From a virus (lineage: Duplodnaviria; Caudoviricetes): DNA of 28,027 nt. Under the pieces are notes generated by a model. The model was not told where the DNA came from, searched no databases, and worked only from the letters and a program-made list of their open reading frames with translations. Shown here one piece after another: positions 17,519-26,279 of the stretch; the first letter of the stretch is position 1; the number at the start of each line of letters is the position of its first letter. The position numbers and the translations under genes are program-made. The DNA lies in IMG/VR virus record IMGVR_UViG_3300005512_000259, positions 1 to 28,027 of that record. One strand, written 5' to 3'.

Positions 17519-19039
17519 TTAGGCAGGCGCATTCATTTGCCGTTCGAGCTGACTCTGTCTGACAAGTCGCATAAATAACCGGTGAAGATAACTTCCGGGT
17601 TCAAGCGAATTGACATCTATCCAGTTTGAGTTCTGGCTTCTTATAAACAGTTTGCCGGTCTCTTCATCCTCCATAAGGTAAAGCCCCGGGTTTATTTGCG
17701 ACACTTTTTGGCCCTTTCCGCCCAAGGACATGACCGACTGGTCCTTGACTTTAAATGTCCTCGGCCCGGTTCTTGACTGGTCCTTGGTATCGGGCACTTT
17801 GAGCGTTTTTACTTGACCCCTTGACCTCTGCGGCCTGGTAATTGCCGGCGCGTTTATAGCGGCCCCGCCCGGCTCGATGGGTGCACCGGATTTAACTGGC
17901 GCCTTGATTCCGCTCATAGAAATCGGCGGTCCGGCGCCTGGCAGTTTTAGCGCATTTCTTACGGGTGCTGCCGGAACCTGCCTCATCTGTGGCGGCGGCG
18001 TAGCGGGTGCCATCGGGATGGGTGCCGAGCCCGGCACCGACTCCGGACCGCTCGGTATCGGCTGGGGCTGGACTGTCTGTCTGGGTAGCCGTGGCGTATC
18101 AACGGTTGAGTCTCCGGCCGGCGTTGGGTAACCGCCCGTTTCCCCGTAATCGGTCGGCGGGGGTGCCGAATAATCGTAATCCCGCCAACTCCGCTTCGGC
18201 CCCTTCTTCGCCGCGGGCTTCTCCGCCGCCGGGCGGCGGCCAGTCGCTGACGCGCCAGGGGATGCCCCAGCGGGCTCAAACCAAATATCTATAGAGGTAT
18301 AATCCTTGCCCCAGTTTACAACCTCTTTTCGGTCCCTGGTTTTCATTTCGTACCCATACGCCCTTGCCGTTTGTCTTAGGGCGTCTAAGTCGCGCTGGTC
18401 GATATCCTCTTTTCTTTTTCTTTTGCCGGTGACATAACCATTATCCAGCTCGTTTGTGATAAAACTTGCCTTTTCCCGCAGTTCAATCGGGGCATCGGCC
18501 ATGGCCTTAAACGAGGGTTTCCCGGTAGTAAGGGCGTTTCTACTTTTGATCTTTTGTTTTGCCTCTTCATCGGCCAGCATCTGCTCTCTGGTGGTTGCGT
18601 GATAAGGTTGGTTCTGGGCCTTGTTTTGCGCTATGCGATCCTTGAGGGACATCGTGCTGTTTAACCATGCCTCTCTAAATTTTGGGACCTCGACATCGGG
18701 CACCTCGAGATACGGCACGCCTTTATATTTGGGATCCTGTGGGATGACGCCTTCGTCGCGCAGCTTTTTTATGTGCGCCTTAAACCCTGCCGGATCAGTC
18801 GGCATGGTGCGGATGGCATAATCAAGTTTTTTTTCTTTTTGTTCCAGCTCCTCGTTTGCGATCTGCGTGTTTCGAAGTGCATTTCTGACCTCGTAATTTT
18901 TCAGCTGGGCCTGCAGAAGAAGTGCATTTCGTTTTTCCTCTTCTTTTTTGTCCCGCCTGTCCATAAACGCCTTTATCGGCGATGCAAAATCAAGATACAC
19001 CGGGTCCGGCGGTCTCATCATCGGTACTGAATAAGGCAT
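17519..19039 (-). CDS. Putative ejection / internal virion protein, Pro-rich C-terminal half (506 aa)
   Basis: Second gene of the ejection trio by position. Strong AAGGAGG RBS at 19047-19053, charged helical N-terminus, low-complexity P/A/G region. Confidence 0.65.
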   Translation of the reverse strand: MPYSVPMMRPPDPVYLDFASPIKAFMDRRDKKEEEKRNALLLQAQLKNYEVRNALRNTQIANEELEQKEKKLDYAIRTMPTDPAGFKAHIKKLRDEGVIPQDPKYKGVPYLEVPDVEVPKFREAWLNSTMSLKDRIAQNKAQNQPYHATTREQMLADEEAKQKIKSRNALTTGKPSFKAMADAPIELREKASFITNELDNGYVTGKRKRKEDIDQRDLDALRQTARAYGYEMKTRDRKEVVNWGKDYTSIDIWFEPAGASPGASATGRRPAAEKPAAKKGPKRSWRDYDYSAPPPTDYGETGGYPTPAGDSTVDTPRLPRQTVQPQPIPSGPESVPGSAPIPMAPATPPPQMRQVPAAPVRNALKLPGAGPPISMSGIKAPVKSGAPIEPGGAAINAPAITRPQRSRGQVKTLKVPDTKDQSRTGPRTFKVKDQSVMSLGGKGQKVSQINPGLYLMEDEETGKLFIRSQNSNWIDVNSLEPGSYLHRLFMRLVRQSQLERQMNAPA

Positions 19040-19046
19040 AGATCAA

Positions 19047-19053
19047 CCTCCTT
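19047..19053 (-). promoter_or_regulatory. Shine-Dalgarno site AAGGAGG
   Basis: 7 nt upstream of ATG 19039 and overlapping the upstream stop codon. Confidence 0.8.
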
Positions 19054-21193
19054 AACTTAACAGCATCCCACCGCCCAACATTATACTGTTCAGTAGATTA
19101 TTTGTACGATTGCGGCTGGCCTGGTCGTTGTAAAAATTATAGCCCTTATCGGCCATCCGCTCGGCAAACGGCATTTCGGTTTCTTCGGCGAATTTCCGTT
19201 GACGCTCTGGCTCGAGCTCTGCCAGTTTCAGCTTGCCCCAGTCGACTCCGAGGGCTTCTTTGGCCAGCAGGTTCGAGGTGGCAGTCTTTGACGAATTAAG
19301 GCCAAGGTCTGCCAGTGACTTCGCCGTGTCGGTTCGGATCCCTGCGATTTTACCGCCGGCGTCCATTTCGATGTTCGCCAGGTTCTGGCCGGTCATGCCC
19401 GCCAGGTTGCCGAGTTGCCCGCCTGTGGTCGATGCGAGGGTGGCCAGTTTTCCGCCTGCACTGTCTGCCAGCTGCGCAAGCACGTTTCCGGCATTTTTGG
19501 AAAGATCCGCCGATCCGGCCGAAGCGGTAAGGCCGGCATCATACGCCATTTTTTCATACGGCGTCAGCGACTGATACCACCGGTCGATCATTTTCTGATA
19601 TTCGCTGGATGCGTAGTCGGAGCCGTACTCGCCAAGCTCCCGGAGGGTGTTGCCGCTGATCAGATCGTTTTCGGCCGCTGCAGATCGCTGGATGGCTTTT
19701 TCGGCCTGATCGAGCCGGAATTGAAATCCCGGGTCTTCGAGGACCTTCTCGGCGCCAGGGACCCCCTCTTTAAGCATGGCCTGGAGGGTGGCCAGTGCGT
19801 TTCTACCGGCATCGACGTAGGGCTCATAGTAACCCTGCCCCTCTTCGGTATATTCGACTACATCATCACGGCCCTTGCCGTAATAATCTTCGACACCCTC
19901 AACCCCCTTGCCGTAAAACTCGCGGATATCACCCGTGCCCTTGTTGTAATAACTGGTCAGGTCGGTCCGGCCCTGGGCAAGGGCGTTTCTCACATCGCCG
20001 ATTCCGGCGTCTCTGGCGGTCGTAAGGTCGCCGTAACCCCGGTTGTACATATCCCATACCGGGGTATTGATGTTTGATGCAGGCATGGAGGTGCCTCCGT
20101 TTATAAGTGCGTTTCTTGGGGCCGTGTTGACGCTTCGGGCCAGCTGCGGAGTGCCGGCGCCGGCTTCGCTTTTTAAGGCTTGAAATTTATCATAAAGCGG
20201 ATGATCGGGACCGATCTGTAACGGTCCGCCGCTACCACCGAAACCGGGTGCGCCGACGTCAGTTCCGGGTATCAAGGCGCCCCCGCCTGTCCGATCATTC
20301 GGGTTGTAATTGCCGCCGGTATATGCTGGCGCGCTGGTGGATGCCAGTGCGTTACTGGGCCGGTTGTACCGGTTGGCATAGTCATCGGCGATGGTCTTCG
20401 GGCCGGTGTCGGTAGCCGCTGGGTCGGTTGGCTCTGTCGCCTTGATCTCGCCGCTATCCGGATCGATTTCCGGATATGCTGGGATCTGTTGGCCGGCATC
20501 GACACGAGACTTGTAATTCAGTTCAGCCCAATCTTCCAATTTCCATTTTGGGTTGATTCGCTGGATATCTTCCCACGCCGCTTTAGCTGCCGGGTCGTTA
20601 TCGATATACGCCTGAGCGGCCTTCTGTCTGGTCTGGGCTTCTGTCAGCCCGGATCCGGATCCGTCGCCACCGGCATATTGATCGATCATCTGGTACAGTT
20701 CCGTCCGGCCCTGGTCGCCGTGGGTGACGTTGTTGGCGATCGCCTCACGGTCCTCTCTGGCCAGGTTTCCGAGATAGGCTTTAGCCGTTTTTTCATCGGG
20801 AAAAATGCCCTGGGCGGTCATTTTTTTGGCCGTATCATTAAACCGATCGAACAGGTCTTTTATGTTCTTGGCCTGGACCGCAATGTTCGGTATCACCGCT
20901 TTGACATAATTTTTCCAGGTGGGCTCCATGTACAAACCGGCACGGGCCACGCTTTCTATCTGCCGGCGCCTGTCGTCTGGGTTTACGGCTTTCCCGCCTT
21001 TATCGACCGGGCTGTAACCCCTTGTGCCGGGGGCACCGATTTCGTCCTGTATCGAACCTGCATAATTCCATCCGCCGCCGCCGCCCTCAAAGCTGCCAAA
21101 GCCATTATCCACATCGCCTACTTCGCCGCCGCCTTGCCCGTAACCCCCCTCGTCACCTTCCCAGCTCCATAGTTCTGCTTTATAAATTTTCAT
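19052..21193 (-). CDS. DNA transfer / ejection protein, P22 gp7-like C-terminal region (713 aa)
   Basis: Gly-rich N-terminus. 'YEPYVDAGRNALATL...DPGFQFRLDQAEKAIQRSAAA...SGNTLRELGEYGSDYASSEY' resembles podophage DNA-transfer proteins. 11-residue helical repeats; ATGA overlap with the upstream gene. Confidence 0.75.
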   Translation of the reverse strand: MKIYKAELWSWEGDEGGYGQGGGEVGDVDNGFGSFEGGGGGWNYAGSIQDEIGAPGTRGYSPVDKGGKAVNPDDRRRQIESVARAGLYMEPTWKNYVKAVIPNIAVQAKNIKDLFDRFNDTAKKMTAQGIFPDEKTAKAYLGNLAREDREAIANNVTHGDQGRTELYQMIDQYAGGDGSGSGLTEAQTRQKAAQAYIDNDPAAKAAWEDIQRINPKWKLEDWAELNYKSRVDAGQQIPAYPEIDPDSGEIKATEPTDPAATDTGPKTIADDYANRYNRPSNALASTSAPAYTGGNYNPNDRTGGGALIPGTDVGAPGFGGSGGPLQIGPDHPLYDKFQALKSEAGAGTPQLARSVNTAPRNALINGGTSMPASNINTPVWDMYNRGYGDLTTARDAGIGDVRNALAQGRTDLTSYYNKGTGDIREFYGKGVEGVEDYYGKGRDDVVEYTEEGQGYYEPYVDAGRNALATLQAMLKEGVPGAEKVLEDPGFQFRLDQAEKAIQRSAAAENDLISGNTLRELGEYGSDYASSEYQKMIDRWYQSLTPYEKMAYDAGLTASAGSADLSKNAGNVLAQLADSAGGKLATLASTTGGQLGNLAGMTGQNLANIEMDAGGKIAGIRTDTAKSLADLGLNSSKTATSNLLAKEALGVDWGKLKLAELEPERQRKFAEETEMPFAERMADKGYNFYNDQASRNRTNNLLNSIMLGGGMLLS

Positions 21194-21621
21194 ATGTCAT
21201 TCCAATCGCTTTCGTCGGCAACGGTCGTAATGATGCCGCCGTTTAACGTCAGCGCCCGCGTTTTATACTGAAAACCAACCCCGCCGGCGCCACCGGCCTG
21301 CAGGTCGGTAACGACCGTAATATCGGTATCACTTCCGGCGCCCGATATTGTGACCGTGCCGTTTCCATTGTCGGTGACGGTGATCTCGTTTGCGGTACCG
21401 ATAACCCCGCTCGGCAAGAAGGTGTCTGGAATCGTCAAGGTGACGGTTCCGTCCCCATTGTCGGTGACGGTGACCTTGTCCGCGGTTCCACCGACATTGT
21501 CTGCCAAATACGATTCGGTCAACGTCCGCCTTAGCACATCAAGCCACTGGAGCCAGTTGATCCCGACAGGATCCCCTTTTACCGTGATACTCCACTGTGC
21601 CGATATCGGATCGATGCCCAT
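21190..21621 (-). CDS. Small Thr/Gly-rich tail protein at the tail-needle (gp26) position (143 aa)
   Basis: Directly follows the gp10-like gene. N-terminal 'WLQWL' helix, then duplicated GTAxxxTVTDNGxGTVT units. Confidence 0.6.
   Translation of the reverse strand: MGIDPISAQWSITVKGDPVGINWLQWLDVLRRTLTESYLADNVGGTADKVTVTDNGDGTVTLTIPDTFLPSGVIGTANEITVTDNGNGTVTISGAGSDTDITVVTDLQAGGAGGVGFQYKTRALTLNGGIITTVADESDWNDI
21350..21489. repeat. Intragenic ~50-nt imperfect direct repeat (21350-21399 and 21440-21489)
   Basis: Shared core ccattgtcggtgacggtga, 90-nt (30-codon) spacing; encodes TVTDNG[DN]GTVT. Confidence 0.85.
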
Positions 21622-23052
21622 TTACGCCCTCAATTTTTCTATGTCCGCATATGCGGAGACCATCACTATCTTTACCGGATCCGTGATAATCACCCGCGGA
21701 ATAAACCCTTTAACTTTCTTTGAGATGCCGCATCGCCTGATCTCGCATAGCTTGCCGTATTCGCCGATGCCGCCAAAACCGCCCCAGCGCTCATTTGACC
21801 ATGTGTTGCCTCCATCTTTCGAATACTGGAACATAGCCCGGGGGTCTTCTCCCTGGACGCCGCCGCTGAGACCCACGCCAGATTCAAACTCAATGCCGAA
21901 ACGGTTAATCCTCAGGCCAGTGTCGTATTTGGGGTCGTGAATATTTGGAAAGGTTGCAATTCGCCTGATTCGGCTGGATCCGTCATAATAGGTGCTCATT
22001 GACTGGGTGTAGAGCTTTCCGTCCGAGTAGTGGCCGACGACATGGCGGCCGTTAAAGTAGGCATGGCAATTTGCCCAGTGCCGGGTGTCGTCCTCAGCGT
22101 CGCTATCGTAGCTTGCCCGGGTGTGCGGCAACCCCGTGGTGATATCTAATACATAAGTTTTTTCGTCTGTCGGAAACGTCAGCTGATAAAATACATGGCC
22201 CGCCTCATCATATATGTGCGAAATCGCATCCGATATGGTACCGATCTGAGACAGCTGGTAGTCCAGCTGGACTGGGCTGATCTTTTCAACCTGATAGCTG
22301 CCTTCGGAGACCCTGACGACCCACCGCTTATCAGACAGCCAGTAGAGGGACCCGAATTTCTCCCGGACGGTGCCGAATGCCGCACATCCGTGATCGATGG
22401 CCGCGCCGGGCACGGCCGAAAACGGAAAATTTGTTCCAGCCGTATTGTAATAAGCCTGGCCGGAGCGCTGCTTTAACGCCCACAACCACCGCTTGGCTGC
22501 CGCCAGCGAGACGATGCTGCCCGCCTTACCGCGTTCGGTCGTGTAATCAAGTGCAGAATATTCCGTCGGAACAACCAGGGTTGACGATTGTACCTGGTCC
22601 CCATAGGCGGTAAATGTGTAGCCATCAACCGAGGCCATTGAAGTGGCGCCGATAAAATCGCTGTCTGTGATTTTCGCAAACGTCGTTGTTGACGGGTTGT
22701 ATGTATAGCCAGAGGTGCCGTCACAGACGATCAGATAGGTGCGATCATCAAACATATCGCAATGGCCGGTACTGGTGTCGAGGCTGCCGAGTTCGGTTGC
22801 CGTGCCGGCGGTTGATACCGAATAGAGTTTTGCACCGCAAACCACGTAAAGGGCTGATCCGAAGACATAGGCGGACCGGACCACGGAGCCCGCCGCAATC
22901 GTTGCCCATGCAGACAGCCCAGGGGTCCCGTACAGCGCCAGCACGGTTTTTCCGCCGTCCTGGTCAAGTTCGGCAAACAGGTTCTGAACCACCTGCGGGT
23001 TGACACTTCTGCTGCGCCCCTCAAAGGCGCCTCTTGGCAGTCCAATTTCCAT
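21622..23052 (-). CDS. Packaged-DNA stabilization / tail hub protein, P22 gp10-like (476 aa)
   Basis: Length, beta-rich composition and motifs 'LYGTPGL', 'GHVFYQLTFP..KTYVLD..T', 'FESGVG' and 'YSKDGGNTWSNERW...GEY' are typical of gp10-like proteins; it follows the adaptor gene. Confidence 0.88.
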   Translation of the reverse strand: MEIGLPRGAFEGRSRSVNPQVVQNLFAELDQDGGKTVLALYGTPGLSAWATIAAGSVVRSAYVFGSALYVVCGAKLYSVSTAGTATELGSLDTSTGHCDMFDDRTYLIVCDGTSGYTYNPSTTTFAKITDSDFIGATSMASVDGYTFTAYGDQVQSSTLVVPTEYSALDYTTERGKAGSIVSLAAAKRWLWALKQRSGQAYYNTAGTNFPFSAVPGAAIDHGCAAFGTVREKFGSLYWLSDKRWVVRVSEGSYQVEKISPVQLDYQLSQIGTISDAISHIYDEAGHVFYQLTFPTDEKTYVLDITTGLPHTRASYDSDAEDDTRHWANCHAYFNGRHVVGHYSDGKLYTQSMSTYYDGSSRIRRIATFPNIHDPKYDTGLRINRFGIEFESGVGLSGGVQGEDPRAMFQYSKDGGNTWSNERWGGFGGIGEYGKLCEIRRCGISKKVKGFIPRVIITDPVKIVMVSAYADIEKLRA

Positions 23053-23784
23053 TTAGTCTTTCCCGGGTTGAAAATAATCCGTACAGGTTTCCGGCTCAAA
23101 AGTTTTGGCTACCGACAGGGCCTCTGCGGCCATGCCCGTGACCATCGAAAAATCGGTTTTAGACGCATAGGCCGGGATTGCCGCCAGTTCCTTTGACAGA
23201 CCCCAGTAAAGCGCCCGGTAATATTCCGGCTGGATGTCAAATTCGTTTGCGCCGGCGCTGATCACCTCAAGGGGTTGCCGGTATGCAATAAGCGCCTCAT
23301 AGGTTGAAATGGCCGCGGCATTTGGGACCAGGTTGAAATAGAGCTTCCCGGTATCAATTCTCCGTTCATAATAGTATCTTTTCGGGGTCCCGGTTGCCGT
23401 TTTGTCCCCCAGCGACAGGTACTCTTTATATGTCATCGGGCTCATCGGCGAGTCGGTGTCATCTGTTTGATGCCGCAGCAGAACGGAGATGATCTCAACC
23501 GGTATCTGTATATCAAGGTCGCCGCCTGACGGTTTTAGGTCGTAGCTGGCCTGGGCGGCAAGGGTAAGGGTCGCCGTTTCCCGTTGCCACATTTTTTCGG
23601 CCGGCGTGATAAAGTTCGGCGGACCCTCGAGCTGCTTGATCAGGTTGTTGAGCTTTCTGATCGCGTGCTGCTCTTCATCGCTTGCCGGTGTCTCATCGGC
23701 GCCGATGATGCCCAGGTCGACAAAAACGTCGGTGATGATCTGAGTAGCCGTGACCGTCTGTGTGTATGTTCCGGAGGTCGCCAT
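23053..23784 (-). CDS. Head-tail adaptor protein (gp4 position, 243 aa)
   Basis: N-terminus 'MATSGT...TATQIITD...LGII..DETP...AIRKLNNLI', central 'GTPKRYYY', C-terminal 'PEYYRALYWGLSKELA'; abuts the gp10-like gene. Confidence 0.78.
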   Translation of the reverse strand: MATSGTYTQTVTATQIITDVFVDLGIIGADETPASDEEQHAIRKLNNLIKQLEGPPNFITPAEKMWQRETATLTLAAQASYDLKPSGGDLDIQIPVEIISVLLRHQTDDTDSPMSPMTYKEYLSLGDKTATGTPKRYYYERRIDTGKLYFNLVPNAAAISTYEALIAYRQPLEVISAGANEFDIQPEYYRALYWGLSKELAAIPAYASKTDFSMVTGMAAEALSVAKTFEPETCTDYFQPGKD

Positions 23785-23785
23785 A

Positions 23786-25165
23786 TTATGCCGCCCTTAT
23801 TATTTGTGATTTCGGTTCAACCGCGCTTACAAATGCCGCCCAGAACGCATCGGCGGATATCTTGGCCTGGCAGTCGGCCACGCCGGTCTCATCGTTCCGG
23901 TGGCAGTATTCAAACCCGTAGTGCATCCGATGGCATGGATAGCACGGGCAGCTTTCCGGGGTCAGGCTGTAGCAGTTTGCCCAGTGTTTAGGCAGATTTT
24001 CAGGGGACGAATGCGACAAAAACAGAACCTTTGGCATATCGAGCATGGCCACCGCATTCATAACCCCGGTCTCGGGGCCCACCACCATGTCGACGGTTTC
24101 AGCATAGGCCAGTGTGTTCCGGATGCTCCATTTGCCGCACTTGTCGTGAATGCGCGGTTCCGCCTCCCAGCCGCTGACCCCCAGCTGGCTGATCTCGTCT
24201 CCGACGACAACGATGTGTGCGTCCGGATACTGCAAAAGGACCCTTGCCACGGCCTGGTCAAAATATGGCCACACCTTGTGCACCGCGGATCCGGTCATCA
24301 CCCACATGATCACCGGCCCACTTATTTTCCGTCGCTGCTTTTTGGCCCATTTTCGTTCTTTGGAACTGGGGTAAAACCGGATCTGTAAGGGATGCTCAAC
24401 CGGGACCCCGGCCAGGGAATGGATAAACTCCGAATAATTGACGTTCATCATCTGGTGGCGCACGCGGTCCGACCAGCGATGGTTCGGCCGGCCGGGAAGA
24501 GCCAGCATAGTTCCTTCGACCGACTCCGACAGGTTGATAAACCGGTCGTATTTCTTTTCGAGCACGCTCCAGTAAGGCCCCAGTTCCAGGTTGGGGACCT
24601 GCTCTTTTTGCTGTGAGATAATTTTATCGATATTCGGATCATGGGTGATGATATCCACGCCGTTTGGTCCCGTATAGACGGTGATGTGGTATCCTTCGGC
24701 CTTTAGGTGCGGCAGAATCGATGACAACTGAATCATATCCCCAAACCCGCCGTACCGGATAACAGCACAGGTTTTTTCCGGCTTCGGATCCCTGTATGGA
24801 AACGTCGACCTTCGGTCACACCGCTTTCGGAACACCTGAAAAAACGCATTGTCCAGACGCTCGCTGATCAAAAAATCAAACCCGCCGATCTGAGCCATGA
24901 TCCCGCCGCACCCGCCGGGCTGAAACAGCACCAGGTGGCCGCCCTGTTTTATTTTTTTCCAGAACATCTCGAGGTCCAAAGGAATGCCGCTGGCAACCAC
25001 GATAAAATCCAGAATGCCGTTTGCGATCAGATAGAGATCTTCTGGGGCCGATGCGATAAAATGGGCATACAGCTTTTCGGTTTCCTCCGGAGCCATCAGC
25101 TGGATGCCGCGGCCCTTGGTGTAGGGCACGATCGAGTATTTAAACTCTTCTAAGACCGTTGTCAT
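23786..25165 (-). CDS. Glycosyltransferase family 9 (heptosyltransferase-like) with a degenerate N-terminal methyltransferase-like domain (459 aa)
   Basis: GT9 motifs VIRYGGFGDMIQ, HKVWP, VVGPETGVMNAVAMLDMPKV and a C-terminal CPCYPC...C...C. The N-terminal ~115 aa retains 'LDFIV...WKKIKQGGHLVL' but has no glycine-rich SAM loop. Confidence 0.85.
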   Translation of the reverse strand: MTTVLEEFKYSIVPYTKGRGIQLMAPEETEKLYAHFIASAPEDLYLIANGILDFIVVASGIPLDLEMFWKKIKQGGHLVLFQPGGCGGIMAQIGGFDFLISERLDNAFFQVFRKRCDRRSTFPYRDPKPEKTCAVIRYGGFGDMIQLSSILPHLKAEGYHITVYTGPNGVDIITHDPNIDKIISQQKEQVPNLELGPYWSVLEKKYDRFINLSESVEGTMLALPGRPNHRWSDRVRHQMMNVNYSEFIHSLAGVPVEHPLQIRFYPSSKERKWAKKQRRKISGPVIMWVMTGSAVHKVWPYFDQAVARVLLQYPDAHIVVVGDEISQLGVSGWEAEPRIHDKCGKWSIRNTLAYAETVDMVVGPETGVMNAVAMLDMPKVLFLSHSSPENLPKHWANCYSLTPESCPCYPCHRMHYGFEYCHRNDETGVADCQAKISADAFWAAFVSAVEPKSQIIRAA

Positions 25166-25422
25166 AGCTGAACGTCTCCATCAGAGGCCTCCGTGGCGGG
25201 CTCCGGGGCTTTTGGCGCCTTCGGCTGCCGCTTTGCGCTCTTTTTCGGCTTTGGGGCGGCCTCTGCCGGCGGCGCTTCTTCCGGTGCGCCAAAAGCACGC
25301 CTTATGGCATCTTCCTGTCCGGGCAGCGGGTTTCCTGCGTTGTCATAAGTGATGCCGTCCTGCACATATCGGTTGTGCGGCACAATTTTTTGAAAGTCTC
25401 TTTTCCAGTCTATCTTTGACAT
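25162..25422 (-). CDS. Hypothetical protein with Ala/Pro/Lys-rich tail (86 aa)
   Basis: In operon, GGAGGG upstream, 4-nt overlap with the GT9 start; small core 'RYVQDGITYDNAG'. Confidence 0.7.
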   Translation of the reverse strand: MSKIDWKRDFQKIVPHNRYVQDGITYDNAGNPLPGQEDAIRRAFGAPEEAPPAEAAPKPKKSAKRQPKAPKAPEPATEASDGDVQL

Positions 25423-25426
25423 TTTT

Positions 25427-26095
25427 CTATCCCTCCGGCGTGATAACGTGTTCGTATTTGCTCGGCCTGGTAATGTTCTTTACCGGCGGCCTTCCGAGCG
25501 CCTTGGCGATTTCCTTTACGGTATTTTCAAATCGAAGGTTTAACTCTTCGAATTTGACGTAAATAATCCGGTCCCGGTATTTTTCAGGCAGCAGCATCCA
25601 GCCCTTTACATGCGCTTTCCAGCGGGCGTGCATGTCCGGGATCTGCCCCCACTGGTACCGCATCAGGTATCCGGAGGGCTCTGCCGTTGCCAACTCCATG
25701 CCGTCTCGCACCTTTGGGCCGGCATACCAGTCGTATGCGTTTAGGTGTTTGGCAAAGCTGTTCATCGTTTCGGCACCGTTCCGGTGGATATAAAACACCT
25801 GATAATCATCGAGTAGCGTGTTTAGGATCGGTAGAAAAAACTCCGCCGGGAAATGCGTCTTGAAGGTGTTTAAGATCGGCTCCCCGAAGAAGTGGTTTAA
25901 AAAGTCGGCGATATTCGACGCGGCAAAGGGATTTATCACTTGCTCGATGTCGATATCGATCCACGGGTCAGACACATAGCCGAAATTATAGGCAAGTGTG
26001 TTCATTAGAAAATGCGTGCCGGAGCGCTCGTGTGAGGCGACGATCACCTTTCTGGTGCCCTCTTTGCCCTTGATGGGGTAATTGTTATCCGACAT
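25427..26095 (-). CDS. PAPS-dependent sulfotransferase family protein (~222 aa)
   Basis: 5'-PSB loop VASHERSGTHFL, KTH, 3'-PB-like FYIHRNG...S, and IIYVKFEEL. Likely start ATG 26095, overlapping the upstream ORF's end; the ORF track extends to 26128. Confidence 0.85.
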   Translation of the reverse strand: MSDNNYPIKGKEGTRKVIVASHERSGTHFLMNTLAYNFGYVSDPWIDIDIEQVINPFAASNIADFLNHFFGEPILNTFKTHFPAEFFLPILNTLLDDYQVFYIHRNGAETMNSFAKHLNAYDWYAGPKVRDGMELATAEPSGYLMRYQWGQIPDMHARWKAHVKGWMLLPEKYRDRIIYVKFEELNLRFENTVKEIAKALGRPPVKNITRPSKYEHVITPEG

Positions 26096-26279
26096 TTTCA
26101 AGTTCCATTTCATCCGAATCAGGGTCAAGCGGCCGGAACGTGTTGACCGGCCCTGTTTTCTGGGTATAGTTGATGATCGTAAATGCGATGTTGTTTAAAA
26201 GGTCTGTTATCTCGTTGAGCTTTAACACAATATCCTCTGGTGCAACCATCTCTCCCTCTTCACCCAACCTTTCGATCAT
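26085..26279 (-). CDS. Hypothetical protein (~64 aa)
   Basis: GAGAGGG RBS and ATGA overlap with the methyltransferase stop at 26276-26279; fills the gap to the sulfotransferase. Confidence 0.65.
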   Translation of the reverse strand: MIERLGEEGEMVAPEDIVLKLNEITDLLNNIAFTIINYTQKTGPVNTFRPLDPDSDEMELENVG

